DNA from: an uncultured Verrucomicrobiota bacterium
GTDB lineage: Bacteria; Verrucomicrobiota; Verrucomicrobiia; Opitutales; Intestinicryptomonadaceae
DNA length: 64,000 nucleotides
Assembly (NCBI GenBank): GCA_949298545.1
Contig: CASFWX010000079.1
Location: forward strand, 5,624 to 69,623
Direction of reading: 5' to 3'
Shown here: one piece after another, positions 16,387 through 28,810 of the stretch
Position numbering within the stretch: position 1 is the first letter of the stretch
Layout of the letters: every line of letters begins with the position of its first letter
Notes under the pieces: model-generated
Databases searched by the model: none
Seen by the model: the letters and a program-made list of their open reading frames with translations, nothing else
Told to the model about the DNA's origin: nothing
Made by a program: the position numbers and the translations under genes

Positions 16387-18918
16387 ATGAAAACACTCAT
16401 CATCGCGGAAAAGCCGTCCGTCGCCTCGGACATAGCGAGAGTCCTCGGCGGCATGAAAAAAAACGACGATTTTTTTGAAAGCGACAAGTACATAGTCGCC
16501 TCCGCGCTCGGACACCTCGTCGAGCTGAACATGCCCGCCGATATCGACAAGAAATACTCCCGCTGGATTTTGTCGAACCTCCCGATAATTCCCGAGAAAT
16601 TCAACCTCAAGCCAATAGAAAAGACGAAGGGGAAGCTCGCCGGATTGAAGAAGCTGTTTTCGCGCAAAGACGTTTCCGATGTCGTAAACGCCTGCGACGC
16701 CGGGCGCGAGGGGGAACTGATTTTTACTTACATCTACGAGATATTGAAATCGAAGCTCCCGCGCAAGCGCCTCTGGGTGTCGAGCATGACCCCGTCGGCG
16801 ATTTCCGAAGCTTTTGCCCACTTAAAAACCCAGGAAGAGATGGAATCCCTGCAGGATGCCGCCCGCTGCCGAAGCGAATCTGATTGGCTCGTCGGCATAA
16901 ACGGGACCCGCGCGATAACGAGCAAAATGTACGGTTCGCACGGAAAAAATCTTGCCAGCGTCGGAAGGGTTCAAACGCCTACCCTGTCGATGATAGTCGA
17001 GCGCGAGCACGAAATTGCCAATTTTAAATCCCACCCGTATTGGAAGATAATCGGCACTTTCTCCATAAAAAACGGCACCTATGAAGGCGTCTATCAGCGC
17101 CCGGATTTTAAGGGGTCTGAAAAGAATCCGAACGACAAGGCGGACAGGATATGGAAACATTCCGACGCCGAATTTGTCCTAAATGAAATCCGCCGCATAG
17201 GGGTTGCGAAAGTCAGCGACAAACGCACGCTCTCGAAGCAGACCGCGCCGCGCCTTTACGATCTTACAACCCTTCAGAGGGAGGCGAACAACCGCTTCTC
17301 ATTTCCCGCCGGCAAGACGCTAAGCATAGCGCAGGCCCTCTACGAAAAGCACAAGATGATCACTTATCCCCGCACGGACTCCCGCGCGCTTCCGGAGGAT
17401 TACCGCGAAGTCGCAAAGCGCACCATGTCCGCACTTGCAGAGCCTTACGCGCGCCACGCAAGCAAGGCTCTCTCCGAAGGGTACGTGCAAAAAGCGGGAA
17501 AGCGGATTTTCGACAACAAGCAAGTCAGCGACCACTTCGCACTCATACCGACCGAAATTACGGGCAAAAAATTGAGCGACGACGAACTCAAAATATACGA
17601 TATGATAACGCGCCGCTTCATAGCAGCGTTTTATCCCGAAGCGCAATTCGACGTCACTGTCCGCACTTCGGCAGTTGACAAATACTTGTTTAAAACCGAA
17701 GGCAAGAGCCTGCGCGTGGCTGGCTGGCTCGACGTCTACGAAAAAGACGCGGGCGGGGAAAACAATCTCATACCTGCGCTCAGCGGCAACGAACCCGCCT
17801 CCCTTTCCGAATCGAAACTTAAAGAAGAATCGACAAAACCGCCGGCGCGCTATACCGAAGCGACCCTCCTGTCCGCGATGGAAGGGGCAGGAAAACTTCT
17901 CGACGACGAGGAACTCGCGCTTGCAATGAAGGAAAAAGGTTTGGGGACTCCGGCAACCCGCGCGCAAATAATAGAGACTCTCATATCGCACAAGTTTGTC
18001 GAGCGCAACAGGCGCGAGCTTGTGCCCACCGTCCGGGCGGAAAGCCTGATAAAATTCCTCAACGTGCTTTCCATAGACGCTCTGACAAGTCCGGCAATGA
18101 CCGGAGAATGGGAACAAAAGCTGCGCATGATAGAGCGCAACAGCCTGACTCGAAAAGATTTCATGTCGGGCATAGAAAACATGACCCGCGAAATAGTCAA
18201 CAAGGCTAAAAATTTCACCGACACAGACGTTCAAACACACGATACCGACTTTGTAAGCCCGACCGACATGCAGCCGATGGTCGAAACTTTCAGGGCATTC
18301 AAGTCGAAGGACGGAAAAATCACCGTATATAAAACCATAGGCAATAGGCAAATCTCCGCCGAAGAAGTCAGGGAGCTTGTCACGAAGGGAAGCGTGGGCC
18401 CACTCGACGGATTTAAGAGCAAACTTGGGCGCCCCTATTCGGCGACATTAAAACTGGACGAGAATTATGCAGTAAAATTCCAATTCGGCAACAATCCCGA
18501 AAGCGTCGAGCGCAAGCCCGAAAATTTGGAAGAGGCGCCCGTGGTCGGGAAATGCCCGCGCTCCGCAATGGGCCTCTGCCCGTGCAAAAACGGCGAACTT
18601 GTCATGACGGAAAATGCCTATGTGTGCCGATGCCCCGATTCAAAAGAGAAAAAATGCTCTTTTAGAATTGGCAGAAACATGCTTTCCCACACCATAACGC
18701 AGGAAGAAATTAATTCTCTAATTGCGACGGGAAAAACGCCTGTCATAGACGACTTCGTATCGAAGCGGACGAAAAAGAAATTCTCCGCAGCCCTCGCACT
18801 CGACGCGCGCGGCGGAATATCTTTTGAATTTGTAAAAAAGCCGCGCCGCAAAGGCGGAGACAACTCAAGCGACAAGCCCGAAGAGGCAAAAGCCGCCAGC
18901 GGGCAGGAAAACGCATAG
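16387..18918 (+). CDS. topB: DNA topoisomerase III with C-terminal zinc-ribbon/basic extension
   Basis: Toprim N-terminus MKTLIIAEKPSVA, ITYPRTDS active-site Tyr region, Cys-rich C-terminal repeats. 843 aa. Confidence 0.85.
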   Translation: MKTLIIAEKPSVASDIARVLGGMKKNDDFFESDKYIVASALGHLVELNMPADIDKKYSRWILSNLPIIPEKFNLKPIEKTKGKLAGLKKLFSRKDVSDVVNACDAGREGELIFTYIYEILKSKLPRKRLWVSSMTPSAISEAFAHLKTQEEMESLQDAARCRSESDWLVGINGTRAITSKMYGSHGKNLASVGRVQTPTLSMIVEREHEIANFKSHPYWKIIGTFSIKNGTYEGVYQRPDFKGSEKNPNDKADRIWKHSDAEFVLNEIRRIGVAKVSDKRTLSKQTAPRLYDLTTLQREANNRFSFPAGKTLSIAQALYEKHKMITYPRTDSRALPEDYREVAKRTMSALAEPYARHASKALSEGYVQKAGKRIFDNKQVSDHFALIPTEITGKKLSDDELKIYDMITRRFIAAFYPEAQFDVTVRTSAVDKYLFKTEGKSLRVAGWLDVYEKDAGGENNLIPALSGNEPASLSESKLKEESTKPPARYTEATLLSAMEGAGKLLDDEELALAMKEKGLGTPATRAQIIETLISHKFVERNRRELVPTVRAESLIKFLNVLSIDALTSPAMTGEWEQKLRMIERNSLTRKDFMSGIENMTREIVNKAKNFTDTDVQTHDTDFVSPTDMQPMVETFRAFKSKDGKITVYKTIGNRQISAEEVRELVTKGSVGPLDGFKSKLGRPYSATLKLDENYAVKFQFGNNPESVERKPENLEEAPVVGKCPRSAMGLCPCKNGELVMTENAYVCRCPDSKEKKCSFRIGRNMLSHTITQEEINSLIATGKTPVIDDFVSKRTKKKFSAALALDARGGISFEFVKKPRRKGGDNSSDKPEEAKAASGQENA

Positions 18919-19151
18919 GCTTTCCCGCTTTTTAATTTGAGAAAGCTCTGGGAAAGGAAGCAAAAACTTCCATTTCATCGGAGTTTTCTATTTAAATATT
19001 CCCCCTTATACTGCAAAGCTGGAGTTCTGAACCCCATACGCCGAGGGGGGGCGCGTAAAAAAAGAAAAAATATTTCAAAAAATCTGTGTTTGGCGAGCAT
19101 TCGCACAAGAAAAAAATTGAAGGTATTTTTTTTTAATCCAATATTGGCGGC

Positions 19152-21700
<2,549 letters not shown>

Positions 21701-21701
21701 A

Positions 21702-24194
21702 ATGGAAAAAATTACCCTTCTAAAACGGGCCGACGCAACGGCGATAGCAGGCGTAAACTTTGAGTATTCCTACGACGATCTTTATCGGCGCGCCTTAAAA
21801 TTCGCCGAAACTGTGGGGGGAAAGCGCACAGCCATATTCTCGGAAAATTCCCCGGAATGGGCGTTTGCTCTTGAAGGCGCGTGGCTTAGCGGGGCAAGCG
21901 CCGTGCCTATCGATGCAAAATCATCGCCCGATGAATTGGCGTTTATACTTTCCGATTCCGACGCGCAGATATTATGCGTAGGGCGTGGCAATCTTGAAAC
22001 TGCGCGCGCGGCAATATCCTCCCTGTCCTGTCCGCCCAAGATAGAAGTGCTCGAAGACATATTTTATGGAGATATGCCCGATCTGCCTGAAGGTGATTGG
22101 AAAATAGAGCGCAACGGCGACGATCTCGCGCTGATTGTTTATACTTCGGGAACGACCGGGAACCCAAAGGGTGTCATGCTCAGCTTCGCAAACATGTATG
22201 CAAACATAAAGGCGGTTCACGAGGCAAAGTATTATCCATATGGCGTGCGGGCTTTCGCGCTCCTTCCATTCCACCATATCCTGCCTCTGATGGGAACGCT
22301 CATAGCCCCCTTGTCGGTATCCGGCAAAATAGTAATTCCAAATTCGATAAATCCCGACGACATATCGGAGGCGATGCGCAAGCACAAAGTCGACATTTTT
22401 ATAAGCGTGCCCCGCTTTTACGAGCTTCTGCACGCTAATATAATGAATCGCATACAAGCTTCAAGAGTTGCCAGGCTGCTTTTCAACATCGCAAAACTCG
22501 CAAATAGCAGAAAATTTTCGGAAAAACTATTTGCCGTCGTCCACAAGAAATTCGGCGGGCATGTGGAATATTGGGTTTCCGGCGGCGCCCCGCTCGACAA
22601 AAAAGTCTGGCGGGAACTCGACATTCTCGGATTCGGCGTCCGCGAGGGATACGGCATGACGGAATGTTCACCCATCATAACTTTTCCGCGAATAGACAAC
22701 ATAAGAATAGGTTCGACGGGACAGGCTCTCCCGGGCGTCGAAATTAAAATATCGGACGGGGAAATAATCGTGAGGGGAGGCAATGTCACAAAGGGATACT
22801 ACAAGCGCCCGGAAGAAACCGCTGAATCCATTGTTGGCGGCTGGCTGCACACCGGCGACCTCGGCTATCTCGACGATGACGGCTTCCTCTTTATAACCGG
22901 CAGGAAAAAAGAAATCATTGTCCTTCCCAACGGGAAAAACCTCAACCCTGCCGAGATGGAGGCAAACATCAAGAAGGAATGCGCAGATATTCTTGAAATA
23001 GGCGTGCTCATGCGCGAAAAACTTCTCCAGGCTGTCGTGAGAATATCTCCCGAACTCGTCGCCAGGCTCGGGTTTGACGGGGCGGAAGAACACATCAGAA
23101 ATTGCGCAATACTCCCCTACAACAGAAAGACATCTCCCTACAAGCGAATCATAAAGTTTGTGCTAACTGCCGATGAGCTTCCGCGCACGCGCGTCGGAAA
23201 ACTCAAGCGCTTCGCTCTCGAGAATTTCTTCTCCGGCTCAGACTCCGCAAGAAATAAGATTAAGACCGAACCCGAACCACACTCGCAAACTTATGCAAAG
23301 CTGCGCGATTTCATATCCACGCAAATTTCCGTAGCCCCGCGTCCGGACGCCCATATGGAAATGGACCTCGGCCTCGATTCCCTCGGCAAGATCTCCGTAC
23401 AGTGCTTCGTCCGCGAAAATTTCGGCATCGACGTTTCCGAAAGGGATTTTGAAGACTGCAAAACTCTGCGCAAACTCTCAGAACTCGTCGAGAAAAATGC
23501 CGATTCGGAATTTCACCCGTCGGGCAAAGGGATAACTTGGGCGGACATTATCGACGAAAAACCGTATCCGAAAATTCCCAAGCCCAACTTCCTGCACTTC
23601 CTCTCAATAGACATATTCAAAAGCCTATCCAAACTCTTGTACAAAGTAAAGATAAGCGGTTTGGAAAACGTCCCGCAAGGCCCGGCAATCATTGCACCAA
23701 ACCACCAATGCTATCTCGACGGGCTCTTCGTCTCACAGGGATTCACTAAGACGCAAATTTACAAGACATACTTTTTCGCAAAAGTCAGAAGCATACTAAA
23801 GAACGGAATCCTCCGAAAATACGCCGATAAGAGCAATGTCATCATCATGGACATTCGCCAGGACGTCAAGAGCGCCATTCAAAAAATCGCCGCAGCCCTT
23901 CGCGGAGGCAACCGGGTAGTCATCTTCCCTGAAGGAACGCGAACTTCGGACGGAAAAATCGCAGAATTCAAGCAGACATTTGCTATACTTGCGAAGGAGC
24001 TCGGCGCGCCCGTAGTCCCCGTGGCAATATCGGGAGCCTACCAAGCATTAAAGCCGGGCGCAACCCTGCCGAGTTTCGGAGCTCATATCAGCGTGACTTA
24101 TCTGCCTGTCATGTTCCCAAACCGCGAGGAAACTTACGAAGACTTTTCAAAGCGCGTGCGCGGAGAGCTGCAAAAAGCAGTCGGCGAAGCCTAA
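21702..24194 (+). CDS. Three-domain protein: AMP-dependent acyl-activating enzyme plus carrier (phosphopantetheine) domain plus PlsC-type acyltransferase
   Basis: IVYTSGTTGNPKG and GWLHTGDLG (adenylation). DLGLDSLGKISV (carrier Ser motif, about 23370-23400). NHQCYLDG (HX4D, about 23699-23722) and FPEGTRT (acyltransferase). Start at MEKITLL, 1 nt after the tgt stop. Confidence 0.8.
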   Translation: MEKITLLKRADATAIAGVNFEYSYDDLYRRALKFAETVGGKRTAIFSENSPEWAFALEGAWLSGASAVPIDAKSSPDELAFILSDSDAQILCVGRGNLETARAAISSLSCPPKIEVLEDIFYGDMPDLPEGDWKIERNGDDLALIVYTSGTTGNPKGVMLSFANMYANIKAVHEAKYYPYGVRAFALLPFHHILPLMGTLIAPLSVSGKIVIPNSINPDDISEAMRKHKVDIFISVPRFYELLHANIMNRIQASRVARLLFNIAKLANSRKFSEKLFAVVHKKFGGHVEYWVSGGAPLDKKVWRELDILGFGVREGYGMTECSPIITFPRIDNIRIGSTGQALPGVEIKISDGEIIVRGGNVTKGYYKRPEETAESIVGGWLHTGDLGYLDDDGFLFITGRKKEIIVLPNGKNLNPAEMEANIKKECADILEIGVLMREKLLQAVVRISPELVARLGFDGAEEHIRNCAILPYNRKTSPYKRIIKFVLTADELPRTRVGKLKRFALENFFSGSDSARNKIKTEPEPHSQTYAKLRDFISTQISVAPRPDAHMEMDLGLDSLGKISVQCFVRENFGIDVSERDFEDCKTLRKLSELVEKNADSEFHPSGKGITWADIIDEKPYPKIPKPNFLHFLSIDIFKSLSKLLYKVKISGLENVPQGPAIIAPNHQCYLDGLFVSQGFTKTQIYKTYFFAKVRSILKNGILRKYADKSNVIIMDIRQDVKSAIQKIAAALRGGNRVVIFPEGTRTSDGKIAEFKQTFAILAKELGAPVVPVAISGAYQALKPGATLPSFGAHISVTYLPVMFPNREETYEDFSKRVRGELQKAVGEA

Positions 24195-24550
24195 TTCGTA
24201 AGTCTTACCTGGAAACTTCCATTTGCATTGCGCGCACGCCTAAAGCGGCATGCGGAAATATCTTTTCATCTAAGGCAAGACCTTTATTTTAGAGGAATCC
24301 GGATCGATATTGAAATTTTGCCCAACATCAAAAAGCAAATGCCGATTTGCCAAGAGAACCATTGCTAAAAGAACTTGAGCCATTTAAATAATTTCAAATT
24401 CTTTTAAATTATTCCGCCGGCTGCCCGTAAAAAATTTTGCCAAATACAAAGTGCTTCCATAATTTGACAAAACGGTCCACCCGCAAGGGAAGGAATGTAA
24501 AAATCTATCGTCCCCCAAAGGCGCAAAAAATCCTTCCGGGGAGAGCGCAA

Positions 24551-25321
24551 TTACGGACGCATGCTTCTTACGTATTTGTAATAGTCTATATTCGCCAATT
24601 TTGAAGCGGCAGCCTCGTCGACGAAAACTTTTGCATTTTCGTGCATTTGAAGAACCGAAGCCGGAAGCATAGCTGAAATACCTCCTTCGACCATCTTTGC
24701 AACGGCGTCAGCCTTGCCTTCCCCGAAAGCGAGCAAAACAACAGACCGCGCGTCCATTATCGTGCCGATACCCATTGTGATCGCATATTTGGGAACCGCA
24801 TCGGCATTGCCTCCGAAAAATCTCGCGTTGTCGAGCAAGGTCTGCGGGGCTAAAGTCTTAATGCGAGTGCGGGAACATAGAGACGATGACGGCTCGTTAA
24901 ATCCTATGTGCCCGTCGGAACCGAGGCCCAGTATTTGCAAGTCTATCCCACCGGCATCTTTTATTTCCTTCTCGTATTCTGAACAAAACGCCGGGATATC
25001 CTTGGCCAAACCGTCGGGAACGCGAGTATTGGATTTTTTGATGTCAATCCTGTCAAAAAAATTTTCATCCATAAAACGGCGATAGGAATTTGGGTCATCG
25101 GGTCCCAACCCGACATATTCGTCAAGATTGAAAGTCCTCACGCCGGCAAAGCTTATTTCGCCGTTTTCGCACATGGAAATCAAGTCCGCATAGAGCTTCA
25201 AGGGTGTTCCGCCGGTTGCGCAGCCCAAAACGGCGCGCGGCTTCGCCTTGAGAAGCTTCGCTATTTCGGCGGCAGCATTGGCGCTGGAAATCTCGGGGGT
25301 TTTATCTATTATTACTTCCAT
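24551..25321 (-). CDS. nagB: Glucosamine-6-phosphate deaminase
   Basis: GCATGGTP, FNLDEYVGL and LGLGSDGHIGFNEP motifs. Confidence 0.9.
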   Translation of the reverse strand: MEVIIDKTPEISSANAAAEIAKLLKAKPRAVLGCATGGTPLKLYADLISMCENGEISFAGVRTFNLDEYVGLGPDDPNSYRRFMDENFFDRIDIKKSNTRVPDGLAKDIPAFCSEYEKEIKDAGGIDLQILGLGSDGHIGFNEPSSSLCSRTRIKTLAPQTLLDNARFFGGNADAVPKYAITMGIGTIMDARSVVLLAFGEGKADAVAKMVEGGISAMLPASVLQMHENAKVFVDEAAASKLANIDYYKYVRSMRP

Positions 25322-25508
25322 ATCTAAAAAAAACTTAAGCCGACTTGCATCGGAATATTGCAGTCATTATCCGTGTGCTAACGGGTGAAATATCTTCTTC
25401 AACCCAAAAGATTTTTATCTTATAACTATATCAAAATAATTAAAAATATTTGACGAATAGTATAAAAGCGCCCGATGAAAGATTCAAATGAAGCTTTTAG
25501 CAAAACAA

Positions 25509-25540
25509 TAAAAAACGCGCCGGTTAAAACCCGGCGCGCC
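25509..25540 (-). terminator. Rho-independent terminator of the outer-membrane protein gene
   Basis: Minus strand reads GCGCGCCGG-gttttaa-CCGGCGCG followed by TTTTTTATTG. Confidence 0.75.
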
Positions 25541-25562
25541 ATCCAAGAATATTTGCCGTATA

Positions 25563-26405
25563 TTAGCGCATAAACCCGATTTTGATTTTTGCGCCGAAAA
25601 CGTCACCGTGTTTAACGCTAAGAGTATCAGGTGTCGTGGAGGTAACGGAATAATCTCCCCCGAAGCTATGCTCCCAAAATGCGCTGATGCAGAACTGGTC
25701 CGTCATCCAATATGCGAGTTCCGCGCCGACGGTTTGATAACATGGAATTCCGCTCTGAGAGCTCGCATTCCACTTCCAAGTTGGGGTAAATGAGAGCTCA
25801 TCGAGTATGACAAACTCAACGCCGCCGCCGACTCCATATATGAAATAGTTGTCATGCGTTCCGTAGTTGCTTGACGATGCCCCGCTGGTGAGGGTGCAAT
25901 CGGTATCCTCCCACTGGTAGCCGGCATAGGCTATTCCGAAGGGCTTGATGGCCTTTAAGAAAGGAAGGTCCGTTTCAAAATTCAAATACGGCAATATAGT
26001 GGCGCCCAACGAATAATTATCCTGTGTGATTTTTTGGGTCGCATTGTTTATGCCGCTCAGCCAATTGAAGCTGTAGTCGCCGCTATAGTTGTAGTTAAAG
26101 AAAAGCTGACCGTCAATCCCCGCCCACTTGATATTGCGAAAAGCGTTTACTCCAGGTTTAAAAATCGGAGCGTTTATTACGAAAGAAGCGGCCGCTCCCG
26201 TCGGCGAAGATTTACTCATATCGAGAGGCTGCACGCCGCCGCCGCCCTTGACAAGAGAACCCTTCTGCATATTGACGCCGCCCGAAACGCTTAAAAACAT
26301 GCGTCCGAGATTGCCCGTGTTTTCGCTCTTTTTGCTCCATGCGAAAGCCGATGTTGCCGCCAACGCCAAGGAAACAATCATGATTGCAAATTTCTTGGTA
26401 TTCAT
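25563..26405 (-). CDS. Outer-membrane beta-barrel protein (porin/OmpA-N-like)
   Basis: Signal peptide MNTKKFAIMIVSLALAATSAFA. Alternating aromatic/Gly beta-strand pattern. Its own terminator follows. Confidence 0.55.
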   Translation of the reverse strand: MNTKKFAIMIVSLALAATSAFAWSKKSENTGNLGRMFLSVSGGVNMQKGSLVKGGGGVQPLDMSKSSPTGAAASFVINAPIFKPGVNAFRNIKWAGIDGQLFFNYNYSGDYSFNWLSGINNATQKITQDNYSLGATILPYLNFETDLPFLKAIKPFGIAYAGYQWEDTDCTLTSGASSSNYGTHDNYFIYGVGGGVEFVILDELSFTPTWKWNASSQSGIPCYQTVGAELAYWMTDQFCISAFWEHSFGGDYSVTSTTPDTLSVKHGDVFGAKIKIGFMR

Positions 26406-26699
26406 AATTGGGAATAAGGCTAATTACATTTTGCCCTTTGTAAAGTTTTTTTTTCGCATATATAAAAATCGTCTTTGATCCCGCTAAAGACCTTGCGGCT
26501 TCTATTGCCTGCCAAGCGGAAACATAAAATAAAAAAACATTTTCATACGGCATTTAGAAATTAATTTACAAAAAGGAAAAAGGGGTGCTTCCCGCATATT
26601 TTTTTATTTCGAGGAAGCTGCCGCTCAAGCTCAAAGAGAGGTTTTTAGGGAAAAGTTCCTGCCGCGCAATACGACGAATATCCCGGCGCGGCAGATGGG

Positions 26700-27011
26700 T
26701 CAGAGAGCAGACGCGACCAGGGAGGGCAATTTAAGAGGCTTTCCTTTTAAGGCGTCATTCAAAGCCATATCGAGCCATCGGCGCGAAGCGGATATTTCGT
26801 CTATGCGCAAACGCTTCTCCCCGCCTTCAAGCACTACAGAAAAGCTGCCGATTCTGACCTCGACCGGACTCTCCTCCCCAACGAGCTTCACATTTAAGGC
26901 GCATTTTCCGCTTTCGATATCGAGCTCGACGCTTAAAGCCCCGCCGTCGATATATTTTCCGAACTTATTTTTGAGGTATCCCTCCAAAAGCATTGCCTTG
27001 AATTTGTCCAT
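26700..27011 (-). CDS. Hypothetical protein, 103 aa
   Basis: Balanced composition. Lies 9 nt downstream of the preceding gene, with AAGG before the ATG. A 9-bp hairpin (26659-26694) follows the stop. The mirror plus-strand ORF is S/P/T-rich and looks spurious. Confidence 0.5.
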   Translation of the reverse strand: MDKFKAMLLEGYLKNKFGKYIDGGALSVELDIESGKCALNVKLVGEESPVEVRIGSFSVVLEGGEKRLRIDEISASRRWLDMALNDALKGKPLKLPSLVASAL

Positions 27012-27020
27012 TTGAAACCT

Positions 27021-27860
27021 TTATTTTCCAGACGATACTGAATATTCTTTCTCGATGCCGCGCAAGAATTTTATGGACGGCAATATTTTCTCAATGGGAT
27101 TCGGCGAAACGTCGAACATTACTATCGCGGTTCCGGAAAATTTGTGTTTAAAAAAAAGCGACTTTAGAAATTCCCTTAGCGGGAGAATGCCTGTTCCGTA
27201 TGCGGCGCACGAACCGTCGGGGTTTATATCCTGAATGTTTATTGCCGAAAATTTTCCGCTCGATTTTTCCAGCATCTGCAATATGTCGAACTTCGCCCTG
27301 CCCCAATGCCCGCAATCGGGAAGAAGCTCCAAATGCGGATTCCTTTCAAGAGCCGCGATGCCCATTTCGGGCGTCAGATAGCGCGAATTCGGATTGCCGT
27401 GGTTGTAAATTCCTGCGCGGACTCCGTACTTTGCCGAACACGCATCGTAAAGAGGAAGAAACTGCGCGGGCGCCTCCACGGATACCATCGATATTCCCAT
27501 TTCTTTTGCGAAGCGAAAAACCTCCTCTATCTCGCTCGCGTCTGTCAGGCTCATATTGCTGTACGAGAAAACCTCGACCCCCGCGCCTGCGAGAATCCCT
27601 TTCAAAACCTCGCGCTCTTTGGAGCCCATTCGCCAACCGAATTTGGAAGCGGCAATCTCCGAGTCCCCACCAATCCTCAAGCCGTCAAACACGGTAATCT
27701 TGCGCACTTGGCAGCACTTAATTTCGGAAAGCATTTCCGCCAGGCTGCGGTATTTCCACGGATAGGAGCTTATCGACACATCGACCGCATGCGCGCGCGA
27801 AAATCCAAATGCAAAAAGCGCGGATAAAAAAAACGCAAAGACTCCTGAAAATATATGCAT
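27021..27860 (-). CDS. Xylose isomerase-like TIM-barrel protein (sugar phosphate isomerase/epimerase family) with N-terminal signal peptide
   Basis: MHIFSGVFAFFLSALFAFGFSRAHA signal-like N-terminus. TIM-barrel family pattern (GIYNHGNP..., LLPDCGHW). The maximal ORF starts at 27896. Confidence 0.6.
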   Translation of the reverse strand: MHIFSGVFAFFLSALFAFGFSRAHAVDVSISSYPWKYRSLAEMLSEIKCCQVRKITVFDGLRIGGDSEIAASKFGWRMGSKEREVLKGILAGAGVEVFSYSNMSLTDASEIEEVFRFAKEMGISMVSVEAPAQFLPLYDACSAKYGVRAGIYNHGNPNSRYLTPEMGIAALERNPHLELLPDCGHWGRAKFDILQMLEKSSGKFSAINIQDINPDGSCAAYGTGILPLREFLKSLFFKHKFSGTAIVMFDVSPNPIEKILPSIKFLRGIEKEYSVSSGK

Positions 27861-28205
27861 CGCCGGAATAATTTTCCAAATCCGGATTCCGGGCAAGCTT
27901 TTTAGCGCGGGCGCGCAATAAGGGCGAAGGCACAGAATCCGCCTTTCAAAAATATCAAAAGTTTTTTTTGATGTTTTTTTATTTTTTTATAATATCAGAT
28001 AATCGCGAAATCTGCGGAGGGCGAAGATATAAAACTGTTGTGGTTCCCAAAATGAACGGGAAAACCCGCAATTTTATCCGGCGCAATACCGCGATTAAAA
28101 ACGGATCAAAAAAAACAACTTACAAAAGGCTAGTTCAATGCTAAACAAACAGCTATTTGCGGATAAATCCAATCCGCGCAAAAATGAGAATGGAGGAAGC
28201 CATAT

Positions 28206-28676
28206 ATGGAAAGCGTAAAAGATCTTTGGGAAAGCGGGGCGCTCGGCGGGCTCGCCACCATGGTGGTTACCCTGCTGGGGCAAATGTCAGCCCTAAACGC
28301 ACAGAAATTCTCCGCGACTCTCGAGACTCTGCAAAAGCAGCAAAGCGCCGACTCCGCCGCCCACGACGCCGCCATGGCGCGCACGAAGGACGAGGACGGG
28401 GCAAAAATACGCCGCGTAATGTATTTCTCGGCGTTTTTCGTATTGGCGATATGCCCGTTTATATTTGCGTTTTTTCAAAACATTCCGGTGGCGGTCGAAA
28501 CCATAGAGCAAAGCGGAGGCTGGCTGTGGGGAATAATTCCGGAGAAGGAATCATTTTCCGTAGCCTACATCGACGGTTTCTATCTGGCCGACGTGTGGAA
28601 GGAATTGATGGCGAACTTAATAAGCGCCTACATCGGAGCCGGCCTGACGCGCAGGGCCTTTAAATTGGGAAAATAA
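28206..28676 (+). CDS. Hypothetical membrane protein, 156 aa
   Basis: GGAGGA Shine-Dalgarno about 8 nt upstream of the ATG. Predicted TM segments (GGLATMVVTLLGQMSAL; VMYFSAFFVLAICPFIFAFF). A strong terminator lies immediately downstream. Confidence 0.6.
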   Translation: MESVKDLWESGALGGLATMVVTLLGQMSALNAQKFSATLETLQKQQSADSAAHDAAMARTKDEDGAKIRRVMYFSAFFVLAICPFIFAFFQNIPVAVETIEQSGGWLWGIIPEKESFSVAYIDGFYLADVWKELMANLISAYIGAGLTRRAFKLGK

Positions 28677-28706
28677 AAATTCATTTCTCCAAGGCTGAAA
28701 ATAATC

Positions 28707-28747
28707 GGGGCTATGCGGTTGAGAGCATAGCCCCGTTGTTTTTTTTT
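28707..28747 (+). terminator. Rho-independent terminator
   Basis: GGGGCTATGC-ggttgaga-GCATAGCCCC followed by GTTGTTTTTTTTT. Confidence 0.85.
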
Positions 28748-28810
28748 CCCGCGCTAACTGGCGCAATCAAATCAAAAGCGGTCTCACAAGAGCTCCTTTG
28801 CGGGCGCGAA

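Noticed and set aside
26695-27015. 106-aa plus-strand ORF mirroring the 103-aa minus-strand ORF.
   Set aside because: The translation is Ser/Pro/Thr-rich and low-complexity. The minus-strand frame has balanced composition, sits 9 nt after the upstream gene, and is followed by a hairpin.
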